Source: an uncultured Bacteroidota bacterium (GTDB lineage: Bacteria; Bacteroidota; Bacteroidia; Bacteroidales; P3). Taken from it: a stretch of DNA of 64,000 nt. Position numbers and translations under genes: made by a program. The notes under the pieces were generated by a model. That model made no database searches. It had not been told where the DNA came from and saw nothing but the letters and a program-made list of their open reading frames with translations. The DNA is taken from contig CACWPQ010000006.1 in assembly GCA_902762805.1 (NCBI GenBank), forward strand, positions 64,695 to 128,694. Reading direction: 5' to 3'. Numbering within the stretch: the stretch's first letter is position 1; every line of letters starts with the position of its first letter. Positions 8,218-18,605 of this stretch are shown one piece after another.

Positions 8218-9510
8218 ATGAGACGAATTTGCACATACATGTTTTTTCTTCTGCTTGCAGCCCCCCTGCGCGGACAGGCCGACAGCGTGCTGGTGGTGCG
8301 CGGGCAGGTGGTGGGCGGCGGTGGCGCGGTGCCCTACGCCACGCTGCAGCTGCAGGGCACCTCGGTCGGGGTGGTGAGCAACGATGCCGGCCACTACGAG
8401 CTGCGGCTGCCCGCGGGCTCGGAGGGGAAGGCCGTCGTGGTCCGCTCCATCGGCTTCCGGCAGGCGGTGCGCAGCGTGGGTTCGCTGCTGAAGGAGGGGC
8501 GCATCGTGCTGCAGACGCAGCCCATCGAACTGCAGGAAGTGCAGGTGAGCGACTACCGCGACGGGCGCAGCCTCGTCAACGCCGTGGTGGAGCGCGCCGG
8601 GCGCAACTGCCACCAGCGCACGGCCTGGTCGACCTTCTTCTGCCGCGACTGGCGGGCGCTGCAGGGCGAGCTCTACCTCTTCGACGAGGCCGTCATGCGG
8701 GTGCAGCGAGCCCCCTATGCCGCCTATGCCGACAAGCACGGCTACGTGCTCAACCCCTGCGTGCGCGAAATCGAGAGCAACATCAAGACGCTCCTGCGCC
8801 ACCGCCTGCTGGTGCTGGACCAGGGCTACCTGCAGCGCCACATCCGCAAGCAGCTCGGCGTCTACCAATGCCTCGAGTTTTCGGACAACGACGCCCTTTT
8901 CGACCCCCTGGCCACGCCCCAAGCCAGCTATCCCCTGGCCCGGCGCATGCTGCTCCAGCATCGCTTCGAACCCATCCAGCAGTTCACCGCCGACGGCGAG
9001 CAATACTACCTCGTGCGCTCCGTCGGCCCCAGCCGCAGCAAGGGCAGCTCGCGCTACGAATACATCATCCGCTGCAGCGACCTGGCACTGGTGCGCCTGA
9101 CCTCGGTCAAAGTGCCGGTGCAGGTGCGTGCACCGCAGAGCGCATGGGTCAACGTCTACTTCACTCACCTGCACCTCGATGCCGACTCGACCGTGTGGAC
9201 CTACGGCCTGCGCGACTCGGCCTACACCCTCACCCGCTACTACAACGCCAAGACCTACCGCCTCACCTCGCACAACCGCGGGCGCGACGGCGAGGTGCAA
9301 CGCTGGGAGCAGAGCATTGACTGGCACCTGACCGACTTCAGCCTCACCGCCCCGCCGCCCGGGGGCGAGCCTATCGAGGTGAAGCCGCAGACCCTCGGCG
9401 ACGCCTTCGGGTCGAGCGACTACAGTTCCGACTTCTGGGGCCACTACAACGCCATCCCCCTCGACACCCTCCCCCTGCGCTTGCTGCAACAGAAATTCAA
9501 TTCCCGATAG
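8218..9510 (+). CDS. Carboxypeptidase-regulatory-like (CarboxypepD_reg) domain protein, secreted
   Basis: ATG at 8218 gives the signal peptide MRRICTYMFFLLLAAPLRGQA. VVRGQVVGGGGAVPYATLQLQGTSVGVVSNDAGHYELRLP is the CarboxypepD_reg pattern. Confidence 0.75.
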   Translation: MRRICTYMFFLLLAAPLRGQADSVLVVRGQVVGGGGAVPYATLQLQGTSVGVVSNDAGHYELRLPAGSEGKAVVVRSIGFRQAVRSVGSLLKEGRIVLQTQPIELQEVQVSDYRDGRSLVNAVVERAGRNCHQRTAWSTFFCRDWRALQGELYLFDEAVMRVQRAPYAAYADKHGYVLNPCVREIESNIKTLLRHRLLVLDQGYLQRHIRKQLGVYQCLEFSDNDALFDPLATPQASYPLARRMLLQHRFEPIQQFTADGEQYYLVRSVGPSRSKGSSRYEYIIRCSDLALVRLTSVKVPVQVRAPQSAWVNVYFTHLHLDADSTVWTYGLRDSAYTLTRYYNAKTYRLTSHNRGRDGEVQRWEQSIDWHLTDFSLTAPPPGGEPIEVKPQTLGDAFGSSDYSSDFWGHYNAIPLDTLPLRLLQQKFNSR

Positions 9511-9514
9511 CCCT

Positions 9515-10270
9515 ATGAAACGTCACCTGATGCTTATCGCCACCTGCTGCCTGCTGGCAGCCTCCCTGCGCGGACAGGCCGACACCGTCCTCGTCACCGG
9601 CACCGTGCACAACCTCCACACCCGGCGCCCCCACCCCTACTGCCTCGTGCAGATGCTGCAAGGCGGCGTGGCCAAAGCGATGCGCGTGGCCGATGCGGAG
9701 GGCCACTTCCACATCGACAGCCTCCCCGCGGGCACCTACACGCTGCATCTCTCCGTGGGTATCCTGCCGCTCTACACGGCCGAGCTGGACCTCACGGAGG
9801 ATGCCAACCTCAGCCTCTTCGTCGACACCCTCCGCATGGTGGACCTGCGCGCCGTCACCATCCGCGCGCGCCGCCGCGTTCCCGGCATGCCGCGCCACAT
9901 GCTGGGGGCCAAACTCATCACCTCGCCCAACGACCCACGTCTCTGGGACTTCCACGGCACGGGGCGCGACGCCAGTGCCTCGGTGGCCGAGCCGATGGAA
10001 CTGCACCCCCTCTTCGAGGAAGAGCCCCTCGACCCCTTTGCCCTCTTTGCCGCCAACAGTTTCCAGCGCCCCTCGGATATCATCGACCAGGCCGTGCGCA
10101 GCCACAAACTGGTCATCGCCTTTCTTGGCAACAAAGCAGACCGCAAAGACCCGGGATTGCCCTTCTGGGAGCGCGAACGCATCGGCAAGATGGTCACGCG
10201 GCAAATCAACGCCATCATCGCCGCCGCCTACTGGCAGAGCGAGCTCCCCAGCCTCGCCCGCCCACGCTGA
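9515..10270 (+). CDS. Carboxypeptidase-regulatory-like domain protein, secreted (N-terminal paralog of previous gene)
   Basis: Signal MKRHLMLIATCCLLAASLRGQA, then VTGTVHN...VADAEGHFHIDSLPAGTYTLHL. Starts 4 nt after the previous stop. Confidence 0.7.
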   Translation: MKRHLMLIATCCLLAASLRGQADTVLVTGTVHNLHTRRPHPYCLVQMLQGGVAKAMRVADAEGHFHIDSLPAGTYTLHLSVGILPLYTAELDLTEDANLSLFVDTLRMVDLRAVTIRARRRVPGMPRHMLGAKLITSPNDPRLWDFHGTGRDASASVAEPMELHPLFEEEPLDPFALFAANSFQRPSDIIDQAVRSHKLVIAFLGNKADRKDPGLPFWERERIGKMVTRQINAIIAAAYWQSELPSLARPR

Positions 10271-10284
10271 GGCGGCGAGGTGGA

Positions 10285-10310
10285 GCCTGCATGCGGCAAA
10301 AAATGCAGGC
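10285..10310 (+). terminator. Hairpin downstream of 9515 gene (possible terminator)
   Basis: gcctgcat-gcggcaaaaa-atgcaggc, an 8-bp stem 15 nt after the stop. No clear T-tract. Confidence 0.35.
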
Positions 10311-10369
10311 ACGGGCAATATTCCGCCCCGCGGGCCGTTATATTGGGGTTGTAAATTGTAAAAACAGGC

Positions 10370-11425
10370 ATGAACGTAGCCGCATTGGTATCGGGAGGAG
10401 TGGACAGCTCGGTGGTGGTGCACCTGCTGAAGGAGCAGGGCATCACGCCCGACATCTTCTATATCCGCATCGGGATGGAGGATGAGGAGGGCTACATCAG
10501 CTGCCCGGCCGAAGAGGACATCGAAATCACGCAGTGGATAGCGCGCCGCTACGGCTGCCGGTTCGAGGAGGTGGACCTCCACCGCGAGTACTGGGACCGC
10601 GTGGTGAGCTACACCATCGACTCGGTGCGCCGCGGCCTGACGCCCAACCCCGACGTGATGTGCAACCGGCTGATCAAGTTCGGCGCCTTCGACGACCTCC
10701 GCGGCCACGCCTACGACCGCCTCGCCACCGGCCACTACGCGCGCACCGAGCCGCTGGAAGGGCGCACCTTCCTGGCCACAGCCCTCGACCCTGTGAAGGA
10801 CCAGACCGACTTCCTCTCGCAGTTGGAATACAGGCAAATAGAGCGCCTGATGTTCCCCATCGGCCACCTGATGAAGTCCGACGTGCGCACCATCGCCGCC
10901 CGGGCCGCCCTGCCCTCGGCCACCCGCAAGGACTCGCAGGGCATCTGCTTCCTGGGCAAGATCAACTACAACGACTTCATAAAGAGGTACCTCGGCGAGC
11001 GCGAGGGCGACATCGTGGAGCTGGAGACGGGCCGTGTGCTGGGCAAGCACCGCGGCTACTGGTTCCACACCATCGGCCAGCGCAAGGGGCTCTACCTCGG
11101 CGGCGGACCCTGGTTCGTGGTGCGCAAGGATATAGAGGAAAATGTCCTCTACGTCTCGCAGGGCTACGACCCCGAGGCGCAGTACGGCCGCAGCATCCCG
11201 CTGGCGGGCTTCCGCTGGCTCGGCGGTTTCAACCCCGGCGGGAGCGACATCAAGTTCAAAATCCGCCACACCCCCGAGTTCCACCCCGGCCGCCTCGCCG
11301 TCGGCCCCGACGGCAGCGCCCTCATCGAGAGCGAGGACCGCATCCAAGGCATCGCCGCCGGCCAGTATGCCACCATCTACGACACCGACGCCCGCCTTGT
11401 CGTGGCCTCCGGAATGATAACCTGA
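10370..11425 (+). CDS. mnmA: tRNA 2-thiouridine(34) synthase
   Basis: PP-loop [16 protein letters not shown], then [19 protein letters not shown] and DSQGICFLG motifs. Confidence 0.9.
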   Translation: MNVAALVSGGVDSSVVVHLLKEQGITPDIFYIRIGMEDEEGYISCPAEEDIEITQWIARRYGCRFEEVDLHREYWDRVVSYTIDSVRRGLTPNPDVMCNRLIKFGAFDDLRGHAYDRLATGHYARTEPLEGRTFLATALDPVKDQTDFLSQLEYRQIERLMFPIGHLMKSDVRTIAARAALPSATRKDSQGICFLGKINYNDFIKRYLGEREGDIVELETGRVLGKHRGYWFHTIGQRKGLYLGGGPWFVVRKDIEENVLYVSQGYDPEAQYGRSIPLAGFRWLGGFNPGGSDIKFKIRHTPEFHPGRLAVGPDGSALIESEDRIQGIAAGQYATIYDTDARLVVASGMIT

Positions 11426-11434
11426 CCCACCGCC

Positions 11435-12157
11435 ATGCAACTTTTCTACAGCCCCGATATAACCCCCTCTGCCCTCTGCACCCTCGATCCCGAGGAGAGC
11501 CGCCACGCCGTGCGCGTGCTGCGGATGCGTCAGGGCGACCCCATCGACGTCACCGACGGCCGCGGCGCGCTGCACCACTGCACCATCCTGGAAGCCAGAG
11601 AGAAGGGCTGCGTGGTACAACCCCTCACCTCCGACCTCCGACCTCCAACCTCCGACCTCCACCTCGCCGTGGCCCCCACCAAGAACCCCTCGCGCATGGA
11701 GTGGCTGGTGGAGAAGGCCGTGGAGATGGGCGTGGGGGACATCACCCTGCTGCGGTGCGACCGCTCGGAGCGCTCGTTCCTGAAGACCGAGCGGCTGCAG
11801 AAGCTGGCCGTCAGCGCCATGAAGCAGAGCCTGCGCACCCTCCTGCCCGCCATCGGCGAGGCCGTGGTGCTGCGCGACTGGCTCCATTCAAAATTCAAAA
11901 TTCAAAATTCTGAATTAAAGTTTATCGCCCACTGCGAAGCCGGCCAGCCGCGCACGCCGCTGGCCGACCTCCTCGAGTCCGGGCGCCCCGCCACCATCCT
12001 CATCGGCCCCGAAGGCGACTTCTCCGCCGAGGAGATCGCCCTCGCCCTCGAGCTGGGCTTCCGGCCCGTCAGCCTCGGCCCCAGCCGCCTGCGCACCGAG
12101 ACCGCCGCACTCTACGCCGTGGCGGCATTCAACCTCATCAACGACCGCACCCTATGA
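11435..12157 (+). CDS. rsmE: 16S rRNA (uracil1498-N3)-methyltransferase
   Basis: MQLFYSP...EESRHAVRVLRMRQGD...VTDGRG...KNPSRMEWLVEKAVEMGV...LIGPEGDFSAEE fits the RsmE/SPOUT pattern. The CDS contains two repeat-encoded insertions. Confidence 0.88.
   Translation: MQLFYSPDITPSALCTLDPEESRHAVRVLRMRQGDPIDVTDGRGALHHCTILEAREKGCVVQPLTSDLRPPTSDLHLAVAPTKNPSRMEWLVEKAVEMGVGDITLLRCDRSERSFLKTERLQKLAVSAMKQSLRTLLPAIGEAVVLRDWLHSKFKIQNSELKFIAHCEAGQPRTPLADLLESGRPATILIGPEGDFSAEEIALALELGFRPVSLGPSRLRTETAALYAVAAFNLINDRTL
11623..11663 (+). repeat. Heptanucleotide tandem repeat (TCCGACC)x~6 inside rsmE
   Basis: cctcacc tccgacc tccgacc tccaacc tccgacc tccacc, translated as PLTSDLRPPTSDLHL. Confidence 0.85.
11886..11920 (+). 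repeat. Heptanucleotide tandem repeat (ATTCAAA)x5 inside rsmE
   Basis: attcaaa attcaaa attcaaa attctga attaaag, translated as HSKFKIQNSELKF. Confidence 0.85.
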
Positions 12158-12801
12158 AACGCCTCCTGCCCATACTCCTGCTTTTATTTTCAATCTTCAA
12201 TTCTTCCGCCCAGCCCCAGCTGGCCCTGCTCAAATACGGCGGCGGCGGCGACTGGTACGCCAACCCCACATCGCTCAAAAACCTCATCGCCTTCTGCAAC
12301 CAGGACCAGCAGATGGGCCTGCAGCCGCAGGCGGCCACCGTCGAGGTGGGCAGCGCCGAGCTGTTCAACTACCCTTTCGTCCACATGACGGGCCACGGCA
12401 ACGTCCTCTTCTCCGACCGCGAGGTGCAGAACCTCCGCACCTACCTCATCGGCGGCGGATTCCTCCACATCGACGACAACTACGGCATGCGTGAGTTCGT
12501 AGTGCCGCAGATGAAGCGCGTCTTCCCCGAGCTGGAGTTCGTCGAGCTCCCCTTCACCCACCCCGTCTACCACCAGAAATACGACTTCCCCAACGGCCTG
12601 CCCAAAATCCACGAGCACGACAACCTGCCGCCCAAAGGCTACGGCCTCATCTGGGAGGGCCGCCTGGTGTGCTTCTTCACCTGGGAGTGCGACCTCGGCG
12701 ACGGCTGGGAGGACCCCGACGTGCACAACGACAGCCCCCAGACGCGCCAGAAAGCCCTCCGCATGGGCTCCAACATAGTGAGATACGCATTCACGCAATA
12801 A
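12154..12801 (+). CDS. DUF4159 domain protein (secreted)
   Basis: Signal MKRLLPILLLLFSIFNSSAQ. LLKYGGGGDWYANPTSLKNL is characteristic of DUF4159. ATGA overlap with rsmE. Confidence 0.75.
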   Translation: MKRLLPILLLLFSIFNSSAQPQLALLKYGGGGDWYANPTSLKNLIAFCNQDQQMGLQPQAATVEVGSAELFNYPFVHMTGHGNVLFSDREVQNLRTYLIGGGFLHIDDNYGMREFVVPQMKRVFPELEFVELPFTHPVYHQKYDFPNGLPKIHEHDNLPPKGYGLIWEGRLVCFFTWECDLGDGWEDPDVHNDSPQTRQKALRMGSNIVRYAFTQ

Positions 12802-12821
12802 AACAAAAAACAGATACCCCT

Positions 12822-13604
12822 ATGAGAACAATCCTGACAATGATGGCCGTGTGCCTGCTGATGGCCGTCGGCAACCCCGACGCGGCTGCACAGCGCAAGA
12901 AAAAAACCGCCAAGACCGGCCCCGAGAGCCGCACCTACGCCCTCGCCGGCAACTACACGCGCCTCGAGGTCAAGTCGGCGCTCGACGTCGTGGTCTGCGA
13001 CACCGTCAAGGCCGTCACCGTCACCCTCCCGGCCCGCGTGCACGACGACATGGTGGTCGAAATCGAAAACGACGAACTCACCATCCGCCTCCGCGGCCAG
13101 CACCGCCTCAAAGAGCGTCCGCAGGTCCTCCTCCCCCACAATCCGCGCCTGACGCGGGTGGAACTCTCGGGCTCCGCCTCGTTCACCACCCCCAAAGGGC
13201 TCAGCGGCGACAACGTCAAAGTCGACGCCGGCGGCGCCTCGCGTTTCGAGGGCAACCTCACGGGCAAGAAAATCGACATCGAGCTCAGCGGCGCCTCCTG
13301 GTTCCACGGCCACATCGAAGCCGGCATCGTCGAATACGACTCCAAAGGCGCCTCCTCCGCCCTGATGACCGGCAGCGCCTTCATGACCCTCGACGTCGAC
13401 CTCAGCGGCGCCAGCACCATGGACGCCAAAAACTTCACCGCCAAGAAGGTGCGCGGCGAGATGAGCGGCGCCAGCAACCTCGTGGTCCAATGCACGGAAA
13501 GCCTGCGCGTGAACCTCAGCGGCGCCAGCACACTCACCTACATCGGATCGCCACGCGACATAAACTGCCAGACCGACGCCCTCTCAAACGTAGTGAAAAA
13601 ATAA
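12822..13604 (+). CDS. DUF2807 / GIN-domain (putative auto-transporter adhesin head) protein
   Basis: ATG at 12822 gives the signal MRTILTMMAVCLLMAVGNPDAAAQ. Repeated LSGAS.. beta-strand motifs (ELSGSASF, ELSGASWF, DLSGASTM, EMSGASNL, NLSGASTL). Confidence 0.75.
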   Translation: MRTILTMMAVCLLMAVGNPDAAAQRKKKTAKTGPESRTYALAGNYTRLEVKSALDVVVCDTVKAVTVTLPARVHDDMVVEIENDELTIRLRGQHRLKERPQVLLPHNPRLTRVELSGSASFTTPKGLSGDNVKVDAGGASRFEGNLTGKKIDIELSGASWFHGHIEAGIVEYDSKGASSALMTGSAFMTLDVDLSGASTMDAKNFTAKKVRGEMSGASNLVVQCTESLRVNLSGASTLTYIGSPRDINCQTDALSNVVKK

Positions 13605-13605
13605 A

Positions 13606-13696
13606 AAGTATCCACCATTACCCATCGATGGGTAATAATGGGAAAAGACCCTACTATTACCCTAGAGAACCCCTACCATTCCCCTAGAAAACCCCG
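13606..13696 (-). repeat. REP/MITE-like element, full copy (inverted orientation)
   Basis: gtatccaccattacccatcgatgggtaataatgggaaaagaccctactattaccctagagaacccctaccattcccctagaaaacccc, between convergent genes. Confidence 0.65.
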
Positions 13697-13702
13697 GGGC
13701 GG

Positions 13703-14608
13703 TTATTCCGATAGCCGCCCCTCTTTGTCGCCATGCCGGCGCGCCTTGGCCAGCACCACCAGGGTCACCGCAGCCAGAATGAGCGCAATGCCCGCCGCCA
13801 ACCGCAGCGAAAAGGGCTCGCTGAACACGAAGACACCTATCAGCACCGCCGTCAGCGGCTCCAAGGCGCCAAGGATAGCCGTCGGGGTGGAGCCGATATA
13901 CTTGGCGGCATATACCATCATCACCAGCGCCATGATGGCCGGCACCACCGCCAGCCACGACACCCACACCCACGCCGTCGGCGTGGGCGGCAGCATCAGC
14001 CCCTGCCCGCTCAGCAGCGCATAGAACACCATACCGAGGGCACACCAGGCCAAAACATAGAAATTCACCTTGAAACCCGACATCGGCAGCGGGCTTTTGT
14101 CCACCACAATTATATACAGCGCATAGGTCAGCGCCGACACCAGCACCAGCGCCACGCCGGTGAGGCTCAAGGCACCGCCGCTGTCGCCCCAGTAGAGCAG
14201 CACCACACCCACCAGCGAAAGCAGGATGGACAGCACGGTGCCGCCCGTGATGCGCTCGCGGAAGAAGATGGCCATGATGGCCGCCGTCATCACGGGGTAG
14301 GTGAACAATATGGTCGACGCCACGCCGGCCGGCATATGGTGGAACGAAAGGTAGAGCGTCAGCGACGAGACAATGAAAAGCAGCCCCAGGGCGCTGAGGG
14401 TGAGAAACTCGCGCTTGGTCACCCGCAAACCCTCCTTGCGGAAGGCCATCACCACGGCAATGATAATCCACGCCAGACCGAAACGATAGAAGAGAACCGA
14501 GGGCGTATTCATGCCCTCGGCGTAGAGGTTGAGCGCCCCGAGGGGGTTAGTGCCGTAGCACACCGCCGCCCCCACGGCGCAGAGTATACCTATCAGCTTG
14601 CGGTTCAA
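13703..14608 (-). CDS. EamA/DMT-family transporter
   Basis: Ten predicted TM helices and two EamA-like halves. TTG at 14608 ((M)NRKLIGILCAVGAAV) is preferred because the track ATG at 14713 would overlap ftsZ by 100 nt. The start is uncertain. Confidence 0.7.
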   Translation of the reverse strand: MNRKLIGILCAVGAAVCYGTNPLGALNLYAEGMNTPSVLFYRFGLAWIIIAVVMAFRKEGLRVTKREFLTLSALGLLFIVSSLTLYLSFHHMPAGVASTILFTYPVMTAAIMAIFFRERITGGTVLSILLSLVGVVLLYWGDSGGALSLTGVALVLVSALTYALYIIVVDKSPLPMSGFKVNFYVLAWCALGMVFYALLSGQGLMLPPTPTAWVWVSWLAVVPAIMALVMMVYAAKYIGSTPTAILGALEPLTAVLIGVFVFSEPFSLRLAAGIALILAAVTLVVLAKARRHGDKEGRLSE

Positions 14609-14612
14609 GGCA

Positions 14613-16304
<1,692 letters not shown>

Positions 16305-16441
16305 GTGCTTGTGTGTTATCTATATGACTGAATACTAATTTATTGCTCTATTACAATCACTCACTAAAGACGGTGTAAAATTACAAAATTCTTCCCAATG
16401 CCAAACGAGTACTACTAATTAGTTTTCAACAACTTAATTAA

Positions 16442-17830
16442 CTATTCAATATTCTCCTTGAAAATAATGCTAAATGTCTTATCGATGGCAGCCCAAAAAT
16501 CCCTTGGCTCTTTGGGCTCCTTGGGTTTCTTAACCTTCTTCCCTGTGTCGTCTGTGGGAGTAGATTCAGGTTCGGGAGCAGGATTAAGCACCGTCTCGTC
16601 AAACCCTTCCGGGAACGGCAGGTCAACCTTCTTCTTGGCAGGCTCCGGATTCTCCTTCTGCACCGCCTCGGTACGTTCCAATCCACAGATAACAAGGCCA
16701 ATACCAGTGGCATACATCGGGTGGGCAAGTTCGGCGTAGGACACACTATCCTTCTCCAAGTGCTCGGTGGGGATACCTATACGAGTGTCGGTGGCGGTAA
16801 CCAGTTCGCAAAGATCCTTGATATTCTTCATCTGGGCACCACCACCTGTGAGGGTAATACCGGCGATGAGCTTCTTCTGGCAACCCGAGAGTTTGATTTC
16901 GTAGTCCACCTGCTCCATGATCATCTTGGCTCGCGCATTGATGATACTGGCAAGGGTTTTCATATAGATCTCGCGTGGTGCCTGACTGCGTATGCCGGGG
17001 ATGGAGATGACGTCGTTCTCCGAGACCGCCTGTACAAGACAGGATCCGAACTTGACCTTGAGGCTTTCGGCCTGGCGCTTCATGATGTTGCATCCCTCGC
17101 GGATATCGTTGGTGATGGCGTTGCCAGCCAAGGGGAGCACCGATGTGTGGCGGATGATGCCATCGTGGAAGATGGCGATGTCTGTGGTGCCACCACCGAT
17201 GTCAACCATGGCCACGCCGGCATCGCGGTCACTATCGTCAAGCACAGCCTTGGCCGATGCTACCGGCTCGAGAACAACACCCTTGATTTTGAGGCCGGCA
17301 TCGGTAACTGCATACTTGATATACTCGAGGTTCTGCTTGTTGGCGGTAACCATGTGGAAGTTGGCTTGGAGCACCTTGCCGGCCACGCCGACGGGCGACA
17401 CCTCGCGGCTAAGCTCCTCGCGGTCGACGATAAACTGCTGGGGGAAAATGTGGATAATCTCCTCGCCGGGCTCGAGCGCGGTGTTGTACTGCTCGGCGAT
17501 GAGGCGGTCGACATCCTCCTGCTTGATGAGGCGATGCTCCTGCGGAATCAACACACTCCCTTGCGAGGGGCGCGATTTGATGTGTTGGCCGGCGATGCCG
17601 ACCCAGACTTCTTCGATGTCGACATTGGCTTGGTCAGCAGCATCGCTGACAGCACGGCGGATCGACTCGGCCGTCTCATCGATATTGCGTACCACACCGT
17701 GTTCGACGCCTTTGGAGTCGGTCTTGCCAAAACCAAGGATTTTCACTTTGCCCGATTCGCCCCGCATACCCACAAAGCATGCAATTTTGGTGGTTCCGAT
17801 GTCGAGGCCTACAATGATTTCTTGTTCCAT
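16442..17830 (-). CDS. ftsA: Cell division protein FtsA
   Basis: Actin-like ATPase: IVGLDIGTTKIACFVG and MVDIGGGTTDIAIF. Lies between ftsQ and ftsZ. Confidence 0.95.
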   Translation of the reverse strand: MEQEIIVGLDIGTTKIACFVGMRGESGKVKILGFGKTDSKGVEHGVVRNIDETAESIRRAVSDAADQANVDIEEVWVGIAGQHIKSRPSQGSVLIPQEHRLIKQEDVDRLIAEQYNTALEPGEEIIHIFPQQFIVDREELSREVSPVGVAGKVLQANFHMVTANKQNLEYIKYAVTDAGLKIKGVVLEPVASAKAVLDDSDRDAGVAMVDIGGGTTDIAIFHDGIIRHTSVLPLAGNAITNDIREGCNIMKRQAESLKVKFGSCLVQAVSENDVISIPGIRSQAPREIYMKTLASIINARAKMIMEQVDYEIKLSGCQKKLIAGITLTGGGAQMKNIKDLCELVTATDTRIGIPTEHLEKDSVSYAELAHPMYATGIGLVICGLERTEAVQKENPEPAKKKVDLPFPEGFDETVLNPAPEPESTPTDDTGKKVKKPKEPKEPRDFWAAIDKTFSIIFKENIE

Positions 17831-17849
17831 AATGTGACTGTATTTTTGA

Positions 17850-18605
17850 TTATTTCTTTGTACAAACTACTTGGCCTTTGAATTTAAGGCTGATACGCGA
17901 ATAGGTGTCCCAGCCGGCGCGCGGCATGCCCTTGCGGTAGAAAGCAAGGAGGTTGGAGAACTTGTCGTCGAGGTCATAGGCATCGCCCAACTCGATGACG
18001 TGGTCTCCCACCTTGGGAACCATCATGATGTCGCCGTCGCGCTCGATGTATATCTGGTCGATGAGCTGAGCATAACGGTGTTCGGCGTCGAGGTAGGAGG
18101 CGAGCTGCCAGAGGGCGGTGAGCTGGGAGTCGAGGCTGTCGCTGCGCAGGGGCTCCACAAAGTCACCACCGGCCACGAGCACGTTGCAGTTGCCCAAGCG
18201 GGAGAGGGGGAAGATGGCCCCTTCGCGGTCGAGGTAGCGCTCGCGGTCGCCATGGAAGAGGCGAGCGATGGGGCGGCGCTGGTCGGCACGCACCACCACG
18301 CGGCCGCTGACGCTGACGACGGACTGCACATTGGTGAGGAAGGGCACACGTCGTGCGGCCTCGGCCACCGCGTCGCAGTCGACCGACTTGACCTGCTGCT
18401 GCAAGAGCGTGGGGAGGGCGGCGAGGACGGAGTCTTCGACGGTCTGGTCGGCCACCAGGGCTGGGGTGGAGCCGCGGCGGATGTCGACCTCGATGCCACG
18501 CACCTGCGAGCGCGAGCGCACGACGTTGGCCACCACCACCAGCACGGCCAGCAGCAGGGCGCCGAGGAGGATGAGGAGTATCTTGGCGGAGCGTTTCATT
18601 TTCAT
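17850..18605 (-). CDS. ftsQ: Cell division protein FtsQ
   Basis: Single N-terminal TM helix (AKILLILLGALLLAVLVVVANVV) followed by a POTRA-like region. Position in the dcw cluster supports the call. Confidence 0.85.
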   Translation of the reverse strand: MKMKRSAKILLILLGALLLAVLVVVANVVRSRSQVRGIEVDIRRGSTPALVADQTVEDSVLAALPTLLQQQVKSVDCDAVAEAARRVPFLTNVQSVVSVSGRVVVRADQRRPIARLFHGDRERYLDREGAIFPLSRLGNCNVLVAGGDFVEPLRSDSLDSQLTALWQLASYLDAEHRYAQLIDQIYIERDGDIMMVPKVGDHVIELGDAYDLDDKFSNLLAFYRKGMPRAGWDTYSRISLKFKGQVVCTKK

